From the NCBI GenBank assembly GCA_963675745.2, contig CAXXWX010000019.1:128001-192000 (forward strand): a stretch of 64,000 nt of DNA. The letters run 5' to 3'. Positions 46,654 through 58,300 of this stretch are shown here, in pieces. Position numbers and translations under genes: made by a program. The stretch is from Phycisphaerae bacterium (GTDB lineage Bacteria; Planctomycetota; Phycisphaerae; UBA1845; Fen-1342). Positions within the stretch are counted from its first letter, which is position 1; every line of letters starts with the position of its first letter. The notes under the pieces were generated by a model. That model did not search any database and had not been told where the DNA came from. It saw nothing but the letters and a program-made list of their open reading frames with translations.

Positions 46654-49600
46654 TTAGCTACTCGTGCTCGACGTGCGTGTCGTGAATGACGCCGCGATGC
46701 TGGCCAACTGGCTCAGTGCGGTTTGCTGTGACTGCATCGCGGCCAGGGCTTGCTCCATCGCAATGAACTGGTTCGTCAGCCGTTCACGTTTGCGATCCAG
46801 TAGTTCTGTGAGCGCGTCGGCTCGGTTCGTGAGCGACTCGGCCTGATCATCGAGGGCCTCGTCACGCCGATCGATCAGCCCGTCCGTGTCAGTGATGGCC
46901 TTGATGGCCTCTTCGAGGTCGGCGGCGCGTCCGATCTCGGAGTCGCTGAAGAAGCGTTCGACTCCGAGCGGGTCGGCCTCGTATGCCTCACGGAAGGCGG
47001 TTTCGTCGAACTCGAGCGTGCCGCCGTTGCCGAGCGTGATGCCGAGATCCGACAAGCGGGAGATGGAACCCGCGCTGCCGGTCGCGGTGCTTTGGATCAT
47101 GTCGTACAGTCGGTTGTCGATCGAGCGGGCGGTGCCGTCGCCGTGCAGTATTGCGGCCTGCTCCGTCTCGGTGTCGAACTCCATCAGCTCGCCGACGCGT
47201 TTGGTGGCGGCGTTGAAATCACTGACGAAACCACCCACCGCCGTCACGACGCGCTCGATGTCGGTGCCGACGGTAACGGTCACCGGCTCATCGCTGACGT
47301 TGCTGACGTTCAGGGTCATGCCGTCGACGACGTTTGAGAAGGTGTTGGTGCTGCTGGTCAGCAGCAATCCGCCATCGGCGCCGTCGCCGAGCAGAATGCT
47401 CGCGTCGCGCGCCTGGGTCAAGGCGGAGAATCCCAGGCCGGTCTGCCCGGCGTCAACGATCAGTTCCCCGGCCGCCCCGGTAACTGTCGATTTGATGCTA
47501 AGGCGATACGGCGCGATGCTGGTCCCATCATTGAACACACTGGCAGTTGCCGACGAGGCGTTATCGTTGATCTCGGCGGCGATTTCCTCGAGAGTTTCAT
47601 GGCCGCTGAGCTCCAGGTTGAATTCGAGCGAGCCGTCGATCTGTCCGTCATCGCTTTCACCGGCGATGTTGAGATTGCGCGCCACCAGGCCGTCTTCATC
47701 CTCAATGATCAGTGGCAGTTCTCCGCCGCTGGAATCGATGATGACAATCCCGTCGCCGGTGTCGTTGATGCGGGCCTGGATGGAGTCCGGCGTGGCCTTG
47801 TTTATTTCGGTGAGAACGTCCTGGATGGTCGTGATGGAGGAGCTGTAGAGACTCACCGTGGACGCGAAGCCGGTTCCCGAAGTGATCTTTATCTTACCCT
47901 GCCCGACGCCTTGCCCGGCGTTCAATTCGGACAGCAAGGTGCCCTCGGAAATGTACCGTCGCTGCAAGTTGACGCTCTGGATCGTGTCACCGGTCTGGGC
48001 GATGCCCATGGCGGTCGCAAAGCTGTCGTCGCCGACATCGCTGATAGTGATCGGCGAATCGTCGAGCATGTTCGAAAACTCGACACGCAGGCCGGTGGAG
48101 TCGTATCCGACGTCGATACCCAGCGTGTCCGCCTGGGCGTTGATCAGCTCAATGACATCGCGCAGCGTCTGGGCCTGCGTGGCATCGATGGTTGCGATCT
48201 GACCGTTGGCTTCAATCTGAAAGATGCCACCGACGAAACCCTGCCCGCCGTTGAGCGAGGAAAGCAGAACCGTGTTGATGCCGCCGGCCACGCGGCGTCC
48301 GGTGACGGTCTCCCCATGCGTATACGTGCCTTCCTGCAAACCAAGATCGGCCAGCGCGTGCGAGTATTCGCCGGCGATGAGGTCGAAGGTCGCGTGCGTG
48401 CCATCCGTGCCATCGATGAGTTCGATGTGCCGGCCGTCATCTGAAAGCTGTGCCTGGAAATACGGCACGTCGCTGTCCGCTGCGAAGTTGGATTCGGCGA
48501 AATTGATCGCCGCCAGCGCGTCGCCGAGCGTGTCCATGTGCAGAATGCCGTCACCGGTCAGCTTGTCGCTATCGGCGGTGCCGGCGATGCCGAGGTCACG
48601 CGCGGCGTGCGTGTCGCCGACGTCTTCAATGGAGAACTCGTAGCGCGAGGGATCATCTTCGTCGAGGGGTTCGGAGGCGTCGATGATGTTGATGTGGTTG
48701 TCGGACATGACGAAGGTGATGCGGTTGTCGCCCGTTTCGGACTCCCTGGTGGCGTCCTCGATGAGCGTTTTCACATCGCCGATTGTGCGGGCCCCGGACA
48801 GGTCGATCTCGGTTGAGAACCCGTCGCGCGTTGAGATGCGGATGGTGCCGAGGTCCACGCCGGTGCCGTGATTGAGGCGTTCAAGGCGTGTGCTGGACTT
48901 TACGAAGACGCTCATATCCACCGCGACCTCGATGGTATCGGCGCCGCCCTCGCCGCCGGCGCGGATGGTGAAGTCGCTTCCACCGCGTGAGCGCCCCAGT
49001 CCCAGCCCCCCGCTCAAGGCCTTCAGCGGCGAGTTTTCGGTAAGGTACGTCAGCTCGGTGCCGGCCAGTTGTCCGGTACCGAAGGTGGTCTCACCGAAGC
49101 CGAGGTCGGCGGCGGTCTGGCCGCCATCAACCTCGCGGATACGGATCTGGCCGCCGGTGTCCTCGGTCAACAGCAGGTGGTCGCCCTCGATGGCCGCCGT
49201 GATGTCGACGTCGGCGGCGTTGATGCTGTCGATGATGTCGTCAAGCGAGCGAGCGCCGCTCGTGCTGATCGTGGCCTGATTGCCGGCGGCATCGGTCAGG
49301 GTAAACGAGCCCGCCCGCACGCCCGCATAGCCGTTGAGCTCATCCAGGCTGGTTGTGAAGTTGGCCCGGGCGCTGGCTGACTCGATGGTCAACTGGCCGG
49401 CGGGGATGGGCGTGTGCAGACTGTTGAAGCCGCGGCTGACAAGCTGGTGGCTTGAGGCCAGTGAATTGACGCGAAATGTGTACGATCCGGGGGCCACGCC
49501 GTCGTTCGTGGAAACGGACAAGACGTCGGGCGCTGAGGAGGTGCTCGTCGTGCCCTGGAAAAAAGTGGAGTTCTTCAGCGACGAAATGCGCGAGAGCATG

Positions 49601-49770
49601 GCGCTGATACGCGCAGAAATCTCCGCAAAGGCCGTCTTTTGCGCGTTGATCAGGCCGACCCGCTCCAGCAGGCGGTCGCGGGGTTGCGCTTCAATCGACA
49701 TCAACTGGTCGACGAGCGTTCCGTAGTCAATGCCGGACATAAGCCCGACACCTGAGGTGATGCTGCCCAC
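46654..49770 (-). CDS. fliD: Flagellar filament cap protein FliD (long form)
   Basis: GLMSGIDYGTLVDQLM N-terminus; SSTNTF..DGMTL; RLTNQFIAMEQALAAMQSQ C-terminus. Confidence 0.92.
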   Translation of the reverse strand: MGSITSGVGLMSGIDYGTLVDQLMSIEAQPRDRLLERVGLINAQKTAFAEISARISAMLSRISSLKNSTFFQGTTSTSSAPDVLSVSTNDGVAPGSYTFRVNSLASSHQLVSRGFNSLHTPIPAGQLTIESASARANFTTSLDELNGYAGVRAGSFTLTDAAGNQATISTSGARSLDDIIDSINAADVDITAAIEGDHLLLTEDTGGQIRIREVDGGQTAADLGFGETTFGTGQLAGTELTYLTENSPLKALSGGLGLGRSRGGSDFTIRAGGEGGADTIEVAVDMSVFVKSSTRLERLNHGTGVDLGTIRISTRDGFSTEIDLSGARTIGDVKTLIEDATRESETGDNRITFVMSDNHINIIDASEPLDEDDPSRYEFSIEDVGDTHAARDLGIAGTADSDKLTGDGILHMDTLGDALAAINFAESNFAADSDVPYFQAQLSDDGRHIELIDGTDGTHATFDLIAGEYSHALADLGLQEGTYTHGETVTGRRVAGGINTVLLSSLNGGQGFVGGIFQIEANGQIATIDATQAQTLRDVIELINAQADTLGIDVGYDSTGLRVEFSNMLDDSPITISDVGDDSFATAMGIAQTGDTIQSVNLQRRYISEGTLLSELNAGQGVGQGKIKITSGTGFASTVSLYSSSITTIQDVLTEINKATPDSIQARINDTGDGIVIIDSSGGELPLIIEDEDGLVARNLNIAGESDDGQIDGSLEFNLELSGHETLEEIAAEINDNASSATASVFNDGTSIAPYRLSIKSTVTGAAGELIVDAGQTGLGFSALTQARDASILLGDGADGGLLLTSSTNTFSNVVDGMTLNVSNVSDEPVTVTVGTDIERVVTAVGGFVSDFNAATKRVGELMEFDTETEQAAILHGDGTARSIDNRLYDMIQSTATGSAGSISRLSDLGITLGNGGTLEFDETAFREAYEADPLGVERFFSDSEIGRAADLEEAIKAITDTDGLIDRRDEALDDQAESLTNRADALTELLDRKRERLTNQFIAMEQALAAMQSQQTALSQLASIAASFTTRTSSTSS

Positions 49771-49830
49771 TTCATGCCTCCCAGGGACGCAGTGGTTGCC
49801 GATGGTCGCGCGGTGCGCCGGCTTTCAGCA

Positions 49831-49846
49831 TGCAAGGTGGGTGCCA
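49831..49846 (-). promoter_or_regulatory. Sigma54 (-24/-12) promoter upstream of fliD
   Basis: Minus strand TGGCAC-CCACC-TTGCA matches TGGCAC-N5-TTGCW, 61 bp above the start. Confidence 0.75.
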
Positions 49847-50210
49847 GGCCACGCCGCCGGCGTGTGTCTCATAACCTGTCGCGCCTGGCTGCACCCACGG
49901 CGCAGTCAGGCGGTGCATCGGCGCTCTCGCCGTGCCGCTTGAGTAAGCCGCACCCGGACGATCGAGCAACGCCAGTTGTGACTCGGGCCATCAATGTAAC
50001 GGCCTGCGCCCCGCAGGCCGCGGGGCCGCGGAAACACCGTCGCGCGCCGATGGCCTGCGACGTACGTGCCTCTACCGGGCTTCTGCACGACGCCGTTAGA
50101 AAGGACGCCGGTTTTCCGAGTTGCGACTGCTTGCGTGGCGCGGGACACTGCTGACATGGTCGGCTTCGGGTAAACGATCGAACGCCATCAGTCACAGGAA
50201 GGGGGCTGGT

Positions 50211-51281
50211 ATGTCCGCCGTGCAGTGTCCGGGGTGCGGCACTCGGTACAGGGTTAAGCCGGAATCCGCCGGGAAACGCTCGAAATGCCGGAAGTGTGGA
50301 ACGGCGTTCCGGATTCCAGCGGCGCGCCCGACTGATGAGCGTTTGCAGGTGGAAATCCCGGACAGTGATGCGCTGGCCGACGGCACGACAATCGCCATTC
50401 AGCTGGCGATGGACGTTCCGGCGTCGATCCCCGCCGCCGGGCTCGGCCCGTCTGACATGCCGGTCGGTTATGCCGAGGATCAGGCGGCATCGGCGGGTGG
50501 GGGATACGGCGGTTTCTTCCGCTCGATGGCGCTGTCGGCGGCGTTTCCGGCGCGCCTGGGAGATCTGGTCACGTTCATATTCGTTGGCGTGCTTTTGGCG
50601 CTGGCGGCGACGATCCTACCTTTTGGCATGTGTATCGGTACGCTCGCGTGTCTGATCATCGTCGGGTGGTATCTGTCGTTTCTGCTGAACATCGTGGTCG
50701 GCGCCACCGCCGGTGATAGAGACCTCCCCTCGCTGACGCTGACCGAGGGCACCTGGGATGGAATCGTGTTTCCGTTCATCAAGATGTTCGCGGCGAGCGC
50801 CGTGGCCTTGCTCCCGTTTGTCGTATTCATGTGCTGTTCGGTCGCATTCGGCGGACTCGTGCTCAGCAGCGGCAGTGGACCCAGCGGCATCGGACAGCAG
50901 ATTGCCGCCGGCGGCGTACTCGTGTCCACCGTGCTGTTGCTGATGCTTGCCGGCTTTGTCTGGCCGATCGTGGTGTTGGTGGTGGCCGTTGGCGGTATTG
51001 CGGCGCTGGCCCGCATCGATCTGATCTTCCGCACGATCATCCTGTCATTCCCGGCCTATCTGCTGATCGTGCTCACTGTCTGGCTGGCGATCGGGCTGAA
51101 GTTCGCCTCCGCTGCCGCTGTGGCCGCCGCCGCCGGTTCGGGCCCGATGGTGAGCTTTGGCGCGCTGGCAATCGCGGCGCTGATGGCGTTCGTCAAGCTA
51201 TACTTCGATATCATCGCGATGCGCGCGATCGGGTTTTACTACCATCACTTCAAGCACAGGTTTGCCTGGTCGTGGGGCTAG
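50211..51281 (+). CDS. Zinc-ribbon-containing multi-pass membrane protein
   Basis: CPGC..CRKC N-terminus; several hydrophobic segments. Confidence 0.8.
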   Translation: MSAVQCPGCGTRYRVKPESAGKRSKCRKCGTAFRIPAARPTDERLQVEIPDSDALADGTTIAIQLAMDVPASIPAAGLGPSDMPVGYAEDQAASAGGGYGGFFRSMALSAAFPARLGDLVTFIFVGVLLALAATILPFGMCIGTLACLIIVGWYLSFLLNIVVGATAGDRDLPSLTLTEGTWDGIVFPFIKMFAASAVALLPFVVFMCCSVAFGGLVLSSGSGPSGIGQQIAAGGVLVSTVLLLMLAGFVWPIVVLVVAVGGIAALARIDLIFRTIILSFPAYLLIVLTVWLAIGLKFASAAAVAAAAGSGPMVSFGALAIAALMAFVKLYFDIIAMRAIGFYYHHFKHRFAWSWG

Positions 51282-51373
51282 GGCAAGGTGAATGAACCTG
51301 CAAGCTTCGAGGGGCGCCGTCTTCGGTACCGCGCGCCGGGCAAAGAGCAGCTAACCTCCCAGGAGTGCATACG

Positions 51374-51769
51374 ATGATGTTTCAACGCGCCTATTCCGGC
51401 GCCAAATGGGAAACAGCGGTGGGATACTGCCGCGCGGTACGCGCCGGTAGCCACATCTACGTAACCGGCACGGCGCCGGTCGCCGACGATGGCAGCGTCG
51501 TCGCCCCCGGTGACGCTTACGCGCAGACGCGGCGGTGTTTCGAGCTTATCCGCCAGGCGCTGGCATACCTGGGCAGCGATCTGTCGCAGATCGTCCGCAC
51601 GCGCATGTATGTTACCGACATCAGCCGCTGGGAAGATTACGGCCGCGCTCACCATGAGGCGGTCGGCAAATACCCGCCGGCAACCACGATGGTCGAAGTG
51701 CGCGCACTGATAGACCCGCTGATGATGATCGAGATCGAGGCGGATGCGGTCTCCCCGGACTCGCCGTAG
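51374..51769 (+). CDS. RidA/YjgF-family protein
   Basis: WETAVGYCRAVR, IVRTRMYVTD, PATTMVEV, IEIEADA. Confidence 0.9.
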   Translation: MMFQRAYSGAKWETAVGYCRAVRAGSHIYVTGTAPVADDGSVVAPGDAYAQTRRCFELIRQALAYLGSDLSQIVRTRMYVTDISRWEDYGRAHHEAVGKYPPATTMVEVRALIDPLMMIEIEADAVSPDSP

Positions 51770-51890
51770 CGCGCGGTTTCAGCAGAGGTCTGTCACCTGG
51801 TAGTGTGCCACGGTTCTGTGAGCCGTGAGGTTTGCGTCGAAGCCACGCTGCTCAAGAGCAGTGGCACGCCGGATGTTTTCCCAAAGCGCT

Positions 51891-52499
51891 TTAGTGGCCG
51901 TCATCCTCGCGCGGCGCCCACGTGGGCATGTTCACACCGGTGAGGCGCGTAAGGCAGACGACCTGGAGCGTGATGACAACGACGGCGATGGCCATCGCCG
52001 CCACGCCGCGTATGTCGGCGACCGCCCCGAGCGCCACAATCAGCGCCGATGCGCAGGCGGGCGCGTGCGGGCATCTTATGCGCACCAGCAACAGGCAGGT
52101 GCCCGCCAGTGCCAGTGATGCTCCGATTAGCGGCGCCCACTCGCCGGCCGTCGATGCGGCGCCCGAGGCCCCCAGGAACAGGCTGACCTCGCGCCCCGCA
52201 AGCCCACAGCCTATTCCCGTGAAATGGCCCAGGATTACGGAGCGCGGCGCGGCGGCTTGTGCAAACGGTTTGACGGACAGAGTAAACGCCGTCGGGCCCA
52301 GCGCCGGGAAGATCAGGGGCAGATCGGTCAGCCAGGCGATGAATCCGACAATCAGGATCGTCACCCCCCCGTTCAGCGCGGCGAGGAACGCGACAATGCG
52401 CTGCTCATCGTAAGCGGCCAGCATCGACGGTATGGACCAGCGGGCGCGTAACGCCAGCCATCTCAGCCGCAGCGTGGACATTCGTCGGGTCTGCTGCAT
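51891..52499 (-). CDS. HPP-family membrane protein
   Basis: LIFPALGPTAF..PRSVILGH..HAPACASAL. Confidence 0.78.
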   Translation of the reverse strand: MQQTRRMSTLRLRWLALRARWSIPSMLAAYDEQRIVAFLAALNGGVTILIVGFIAWLTDLPLIFPALGPTAFTLSVKPFAQAAAPRSVILGHFTGIGCGLAGREVSLFLGASGAASTAGEWAPLIGASLALAGTCLLLVRIRCPHAPACASALIVALGAVADIRGVAAMAIAVVVITLQVVCLTRLTGVNMPTWAPREDDGH

Positions 52500-52761
52500 G
52501 CGCCGTGCTCCCATATTCCCGTGCGGCCAGCGATATCGCACGGCGGCTCGCTTATTCCGGCCAATTGCCGGAAAGCGTATGCGCACCGCGCACGGAATTA
52601 CATGTGGAGCCAACCGCGGCGCTTGGCGCAGCCGCACCGCTCCCCTCGTGCCATCGGCTGTCATGGACAGTGGCTTGATGAGGCTCCGCGCGGCGCTCCC
52701 GCCGACAATCTTGCGGTGTGCGGCGGTCGTGCCGGCGGGCGCATGTATTACCGGAAGGTTG

Positions 52762-55110
52762 TCATTCCCCGACTTTCCATTCCAGTATGCCGCCGGAGAA
52801 GTCCGGCTGGAGCTGCACCTCGATCATCAGCCCATCGGTCGTTACGGGGTCGAATGTCACGCGGTTGTACCGATCACCGGCCGTGCCGCACGGTGACGCG
52901 TTGCCGACGGGCTGCCACTGGTCGCCGACCCGGTATTGCAACTGCCACGAAGACGGCACGCGGCACCCGCCATCTTTCTGCCGGTCATCAAACCAGTAGA
53001 CCTCGGTCCAGGATACGTTGCGCGGTTTATCGAATTCATAACGCACCCACTCCCGCGAGCCGCGCCGATCCCACCAGGTGAACCGGGGAATGCTGTGATC
53101 GCCTGAGCCGGCGGGCTCTATCCGATCGTGTAGTGCCCTGGTCGTATCGCGCGCAAAACAGTGTGAGGCGCTGGGCGTGATACCGCCGACCGGTGGCGCC
53201 TCAACCAGTGTGGGTGATTCGGGCAGCCACACGACCATCTCCCCCGGTGCCCGATTTGCCCACGCGTAATAGGGGATCGCCAGGAACTCGACCGGCTCTA
53301 CGGCCATGGCCGGCCGGTAAAGCGCGCCGCTCCAGTCGTCCCACTCCTCGTGGGCCACGCCCATCGCCGTACCGCGCAGCACTGTTACTCCGCCGAGCGT
53401 ATCCGGCCGGTGTTCGGCTACCAGCGCCGCGGTGCGCGGGAGTGCCAGGTTGCGCACGGTGCCGTTGTTGTCCGCGCCTTCGAGGCAATAGACGATCGGG
53501 CCGCGCTGCAAGGCGACGCGCCCGCGGTCGGCGGCGACCTGCGGATGCGCTTCAATGCGCTGGATCGACATCGGTAGAACGAGTTCGACAACGTCGCCAC
53601 GCTGCCACTGCCGCCGCACTGTGACGTAACCGTCGCGCACGGGGGAGTCTGTGACCGGCTGGCCGTTCAGCACCACCTGTGCCCCGTGGCACCAGCCCGG
53701 AATGCGAACATGCAACGCAAACTCGACCGGCGCTTCCGGTTCGAGTGTCAGCCGAACGGCGCCTTGCCAGGGGTAGCGCGTTTGCTGTTTGAGCACGATT
53801 GGCGTGTCGAGCAGGGTGATGTCCGCGCGGCCGGCGATGAACAGGTTGACATAGAGCGCGTCGTCCGCCTGCGCGTAGATGTAACCGCCCAGCGACAGCA
53901 GCAGCCGGGCCAGGTTGGGTGGGCAACATGCGCACCCGAACCATTCAACGCGGCGATTATCGCCTCGGCTCGCCAGCGGATTCGTGTAGAAAAAGTGCTT
54001 ACCGTCCAGCGCGATGCCCGAGAGCACGCCGTTATAGAGCGCGCGTTCGAGCACATCCACGTAGCGCGCGTCGCGATATAGCAGGTTCAGCCGGTGATTC
54101 CACAGCACCATCCCGATCGCCGCACAGGTTTCCGCGTAGGCCTGGTCATTGGGCAGATCGTAGGCGACGGTGAAGCCCTCGTTGTGGCCCGACGGGCCGA
54201 TGCCGCCGGTGATGTACATTTTCCGGCCGATCAGGTCGTCCCAGATCCGCGCCATGGCGTCCAAATAGCCCTGGTCACCGGTGATCGCCGCGACATCGGC
54301 CATACCGCAGTAGAGGTACATCGCGCGGACGGCGTGGCCGACGATTGTGTCATGGTTGCGAGCCGGCGCGTGATCCTGGCAATAGTCGCCGTAGAGTTCC
54401 CGGCCTTCGGCCCGGCCGCGCTGGTCGAGGAAGAACTCGGCCAGGTTGAGGTAGCGCTCGTCGCCGGTGTGCTGGGCCAGGGCCACGAGCGCCAGCTCGA
54501 TCTCCTCGTGGCCGGGCACCTCGACCCGCTTGCCGGGGCCGAAGCGCGCGTCGATCAGATCCGCGAAACGGATGGCCACATCCAGCAGCTTCCGCTCGCC
54601 GGTGGCCTGGTGGTAGGCGATTCCGGCTTCGAAAAGGTGCCCGGCGCAATAGAGCTCATGGCGGTTGCGCACGTCGGACCACTTCTCTTCACCGGTCAGC
54701 GAGTAGAAAGTGTTGAGATAACCATCCTGCTCCTGGGCCTTGGCGATGCGGGCGATGAGCTGGTCCATTTCGCCGCGCAGGTCGGCGTCGGGCCGCGTCG
54801 CGAGTGCATAGCCGGCCGCCTCAATGGCCTTGTAGACGTCCGAGTCGTTGAAGAAGGCGCCTTCGTGGTCGCCCGCCAGCGCGCCGGCGGCCTTATCGAA
54901 GTTGCTGAGTCGCCCGGTTTCGTCGCACATCCTGAAGATGTGCGGCAGCGTCTGCTTGCGCGTGGTCTCGACGCGCGCAGCCCAGAACTCATCCTCGATC
55001 GTCACGTCTGTCAGCGGAACCGCGCGGAGCGCGTCAGGCGCGGCGCTCGCGGATCGGATGTCGTGCAACGTCAATCCTCCCAGCAGTATTAATCCCAGGG
55101 CAAAACGCAT
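52762..55110 (-). CDS. Secreted GH127 (beta-L-arabinofuranosidase-like, DUF1680) glycoside hydrolase with C-terminal beta-sandwich
   Basis: DSDVYK, HELYCAGH, GHEEIELAL, GHAVRA, ETCA, CACCPPN, RGPIVYC; GGAGG RBS before 55110. Confidence 0.92.
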   Translation of the reverse strand: MRFALGLILLGGLTLHDIRSASAAPDALRAVPLTDVTIEDEFWAARVETTRKQTLPHIFRMCDETGRLSNFDKAAGALAGDHEGAFFNDSDVYKAIEAAGYALATRPDADLRGEMDQLIARIAKAQEQDGYLNTFYSLTGEEKWSDVRNRHELYCAGHLFEAGIAYHQATGERKLLDVAIRFADLIDARFGPGKRVEVPGHEEIELALVALAQHTGDERYLNLAEFFLDQRGRAEGRELYGDYCQDHAPARNHDTIVGHAVRAMYLYCGMADVAAITGDQGYLDAMARIWDDLIGRKMYITGGIGPSGHNEGFTVAYDLPNDQAYAETCAAIGMVLWNHRLNLLYRDARYVDVLERALYNGVLSGIALDGKHFFYTNPLASRGDNRRVEWFGCACCPPNLARLLLSLGGYIYAQADDALYVNLFIAGRADITLLDTPIVLKQQTRYPWQGAVRLTLEPEAPVEFALHVRIPGWCHGAQVVLNGQPVTDSPVRDGYVTVRRQWQRGDVVELVLPMSIQRIEAHPQVAADRGRVALQRGPIVYCLEGADNNGTVRNLALPRTAALVAEHRPDTLGGVTVLRGTAMGVAHEEWDDWSGALYRPAMAVEPVEFLAIPYYAWANRAPGEMVVWLPESPTLVEAPPVGGITPSASHCFARDTTRALHDRIEPAGSGDHSIPRFTWWDRRGSREWVRYEFDKPRNVSWTEVYWFDDRQKDGGCRVPSSWQLQYRVGDQWQPVGNASPCGTAGDRYNRVTFDPVTTDGLMIEVQLQPDFSGGILEWKVGE

Positions 55111-55339
55111 CGGTCCGCACCTCCGGACAATGAAACCATTCAGCAGCAAACGCCGAGGCGGCATCTTAGGCGTGCGCACGAGATGCTCGCAAGCGTGCAA
55201 TGGAAGGCCGATCAGCCGCTCGACGTGCCGGCAGCGGACGCCTGGCGAGCGAATAATCGCGGATCGCCACTGACGGCCGTTCCGCCGAGCCTTATACTTG
55301 GTGGGTATAGCGGCCGATTCCCGATCAGGGGGTCTAGCG

Positions 55340-58300
55340 GTGGACCAAGACGATCTGAGGTTGCAGCTTGAGCGGCTCGCGAAGCGTCTGGATCGCGTCG
55401 AGGAGATGCTGAACATCCGCGGCGATGTGGATGCCCCCGGCGAATCGGACGAGCCATCTCCAACGGCGGCGGAACAGGCTGCCCAGGCGCCGCCGGGTCC
55501 GGCCTGGGCTGACAAGCTCTCCGAGATAGCCGCAAAGCGTCGGGCCGACGAAATCACGGATGAGCCGGGCGAGCCGACCGAGACAGTCAAGCCGAGCGCG
55601 GTGTCAGCCGAGCGCCGCCGTGAGGGCCCATCACTGGAGTTCACCATCGGCGGTCGCTGGATGGCGTGGGCCGGGGCGATCATCGTAGTCATCGCCGTGG
55701 CGTTTTTCGTCAAGCTCGCGGTGGACGAGGGCTGGTTCGGCCGCCTGCCGCCGCTGGCCAAATGCCTGCTGGCCGCGGGTTTTGGCGGGCTGTTGATCGC
55801 CGCCGGTGAGTGGGCGCTGCGTTATGTCGGCCGTCCCGCGGCGGTTGGGTTATTCGGCGCCGGAATCGGCACTCTCTATCTCACATCCTATGCTACGTTC
55901 CGATTCTTCAACCTGCTGGACGAATCGGGCGCTTTCATTCTGCTGGCGTTGACCGCGTTGTTCGGCATCATGCTGACCGTCAGGGCCCGTATGCTCACGA
56001 TCGGCGTGCTTTCCCTGACCGGCGGTTATCTCGCCCCCATTCTGCTGAGTGGCGCCTCCACATTCGTGACCGCATTGCCGACCTACCTTACCGCGCTGCT
56101 GGCCATCGCACTGGCGCTCTCGACCTGGCGCGATCGCCCCTTTCGCTCGTTGCGCTACGTGGCGTTATGTGCGCATGCCGCCGTGGCCGCATTGTGGGCG
56201 CTCAGCGAAGGCCGGGAACACGTCACCGTAGCGCTGAGCTTCATGTCACTGTGGTGGCTGATGATTGCCGGTGAGGCCATGCTGACGGCGTGGCGTGGCG
56301 AAACCGCGACCGGCAATACGGTCATGAGCCTGCTATCAACGCTGTGGTTCGTGACGGTCGGCTGCTGGGTGCTGGCGGATATTGACCCGGGCGGGCGTGA
56401 CTGGACGGGGTTATTCACGCTGCTGGTTGCGCTGGCCGCCGCCACGATGGCCTATGCGAACGGGCCGCGCCTGGAGGCGCTGCGCGCGCCGCCGCAAACG
56501 GCCATTGCCAAGCTGGCGATGGCGCTGTGGGCTCAGGTTGGTGTGTTGCTCGCGGTGGCGATTGCGCTGCAGTTCGAAGACTACGGCCAGTCGATCGGCT
56601 GGCTGGCGCTGGCGTTGGCAGCGGTGGAGATCGGCCGGCGGTTGCCCTCCGGCAACGTGGCCGCGTTTGGACTCCTGGTTGGAGCCCTCGCTTTGATCAG
56701 AGTTGCGGCACTCGACCCGTTTCTGCCGGCGTTGCGCACGGAGCTGTGTTCCCTGGGCGATGTCAGCATCACTCACTGGTCATTGCTGGCGCTGGCGGCC
56801 ATCTGTGCAACCCACGCGGCGGCGCATCGAATACGCCTCGAGCGCAAGCACCTCACCAACTCGCTCCGCGCTTTTCTATCGTGCCTGAGCGTCGCCGGGT
56901 GGTTGGGGCTCTGTGTTGTTCAATGCGAGGATCTGGCGGTTCCGGGCGGCTGGCTGATCGCGGCGGTGTTGCTGCTTGGCTTTGAGCGACTCGGCCGCGC
57001 GCAGCGATATCTCGAGGCGGCGCTGCTGGTGCTGGCGCTGACGGCGGCACACTGGTTGATCAATGATGCCATCCTGGGCCGCCTGAGCCCCGGCTGGAGT
57101 CCAACCAGCACTTGGCCGCTGCTGAACGCACAGATGGCGGTCGCGGCGGCCATCACCGCCGCCGGCTGGTGGGCCGCCAGAATCCTGAGCCTGCGGGAAA
57201 TCAGCACTGATGAACCGCAACGCCACAGTCACGACGTGGCGTGGCAGGCCGTGCTGGTCTGCGGGGCGGTTCTGATGCTGATCAGCCTGAGCATGGAGGT
57301 CGATCGGGCCGTCGAGCGCGTCGTCGCCGGCGTGGATGTTGAGTGGTCGGTGCGGCACGTGCGCCAATTGCTGCTCACCATACTGTGGGCCGTTGGCGGT
57401 CTGGGACTCGGCATGGTGGGCCGCGCGCTTGCCGGCCGACAGCGCGACGGCCAGATGTTCGGTGTGAATCTCGTTATCCGCTTTGCCTGGGGCATGCTGC
57501 TGGCGTGCGCCGGGAAGTGGATCATCATCGATTGCGTGGTGGTCGGCCGGCTGATGGACCTCGAACGTGCCGCGACGGTCGCGTGGCCGCTGCTGAACAC
57601 CCAGATGCTGGCCGGTGGTGTGGTCATCGGCGCATTGCTCGTCTTCTACATCACTTCCGGCGTCGCGGCGGCCGTCGGCACGGCAGCGCGGGACGAAGGC
57701 CGATCGGGCTGGCTCACCGCCGCGGCCTGGTTGCCGGTTGCCGGGTGCCTGATGTTGCTCTGGGGTCTGACGTTCGAGCTTGATCGAGCGATCGGCCGCT
57801 GGGAGGCCTCGCGGCCGGAAGACTGGTCACCGCTCTGGCCCGCGTTTCAACTGCGCCTGCTCTGGTGGACCGCGCTGTGTGCGGTCGGCGGGCTGACCAT
57901 GTTCGTTTATGGTCGATTCCGTGCGCGCGGGCCGATGGTCTCGGGCGGTGTGCGCCTGCTGTTTGCCATGGTGTGTGTCTGGCTCGTGCTTGACACGCTC
58001 GTCGAGCGCATCAATCAGGGAGTGGCTCTTGTGCCGGTTGTATTCAACCTCCAGTTTGCCGTCGGCGCGTTGTTGATAGTGCTATTGGTGATTGCAATCC
58101 GCCTGGCCCGCGCGGAAGTCGTAGGCGCGATCGTGCCGCACAGCGTGCCGCTCGCGTGGATGCTGGTTGGAATGCTCGGTCTCTGGCTGGGGACGCTCGA
58201 GCTGGATCGCCTTTTCGCCCCCGAGGCCGGACGCATACAGCGGGCCGCGATGGCCCGTCACACGGCGCTCAGCGTTTACTGGAGCGTCTATGCCATCGTG

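Noticed and set aside
51862..51877. Second sigma54 promoter (TGGCAC)
   Set aside because: No TTGC at -12, and it lies between convergent gene ends
55111..55761. N-terminal extension of GH127 to 999 aa
   Set aside because: Overlaps the DUF2339 gene on the opposite strand; RBS and signal peptide are at 55110
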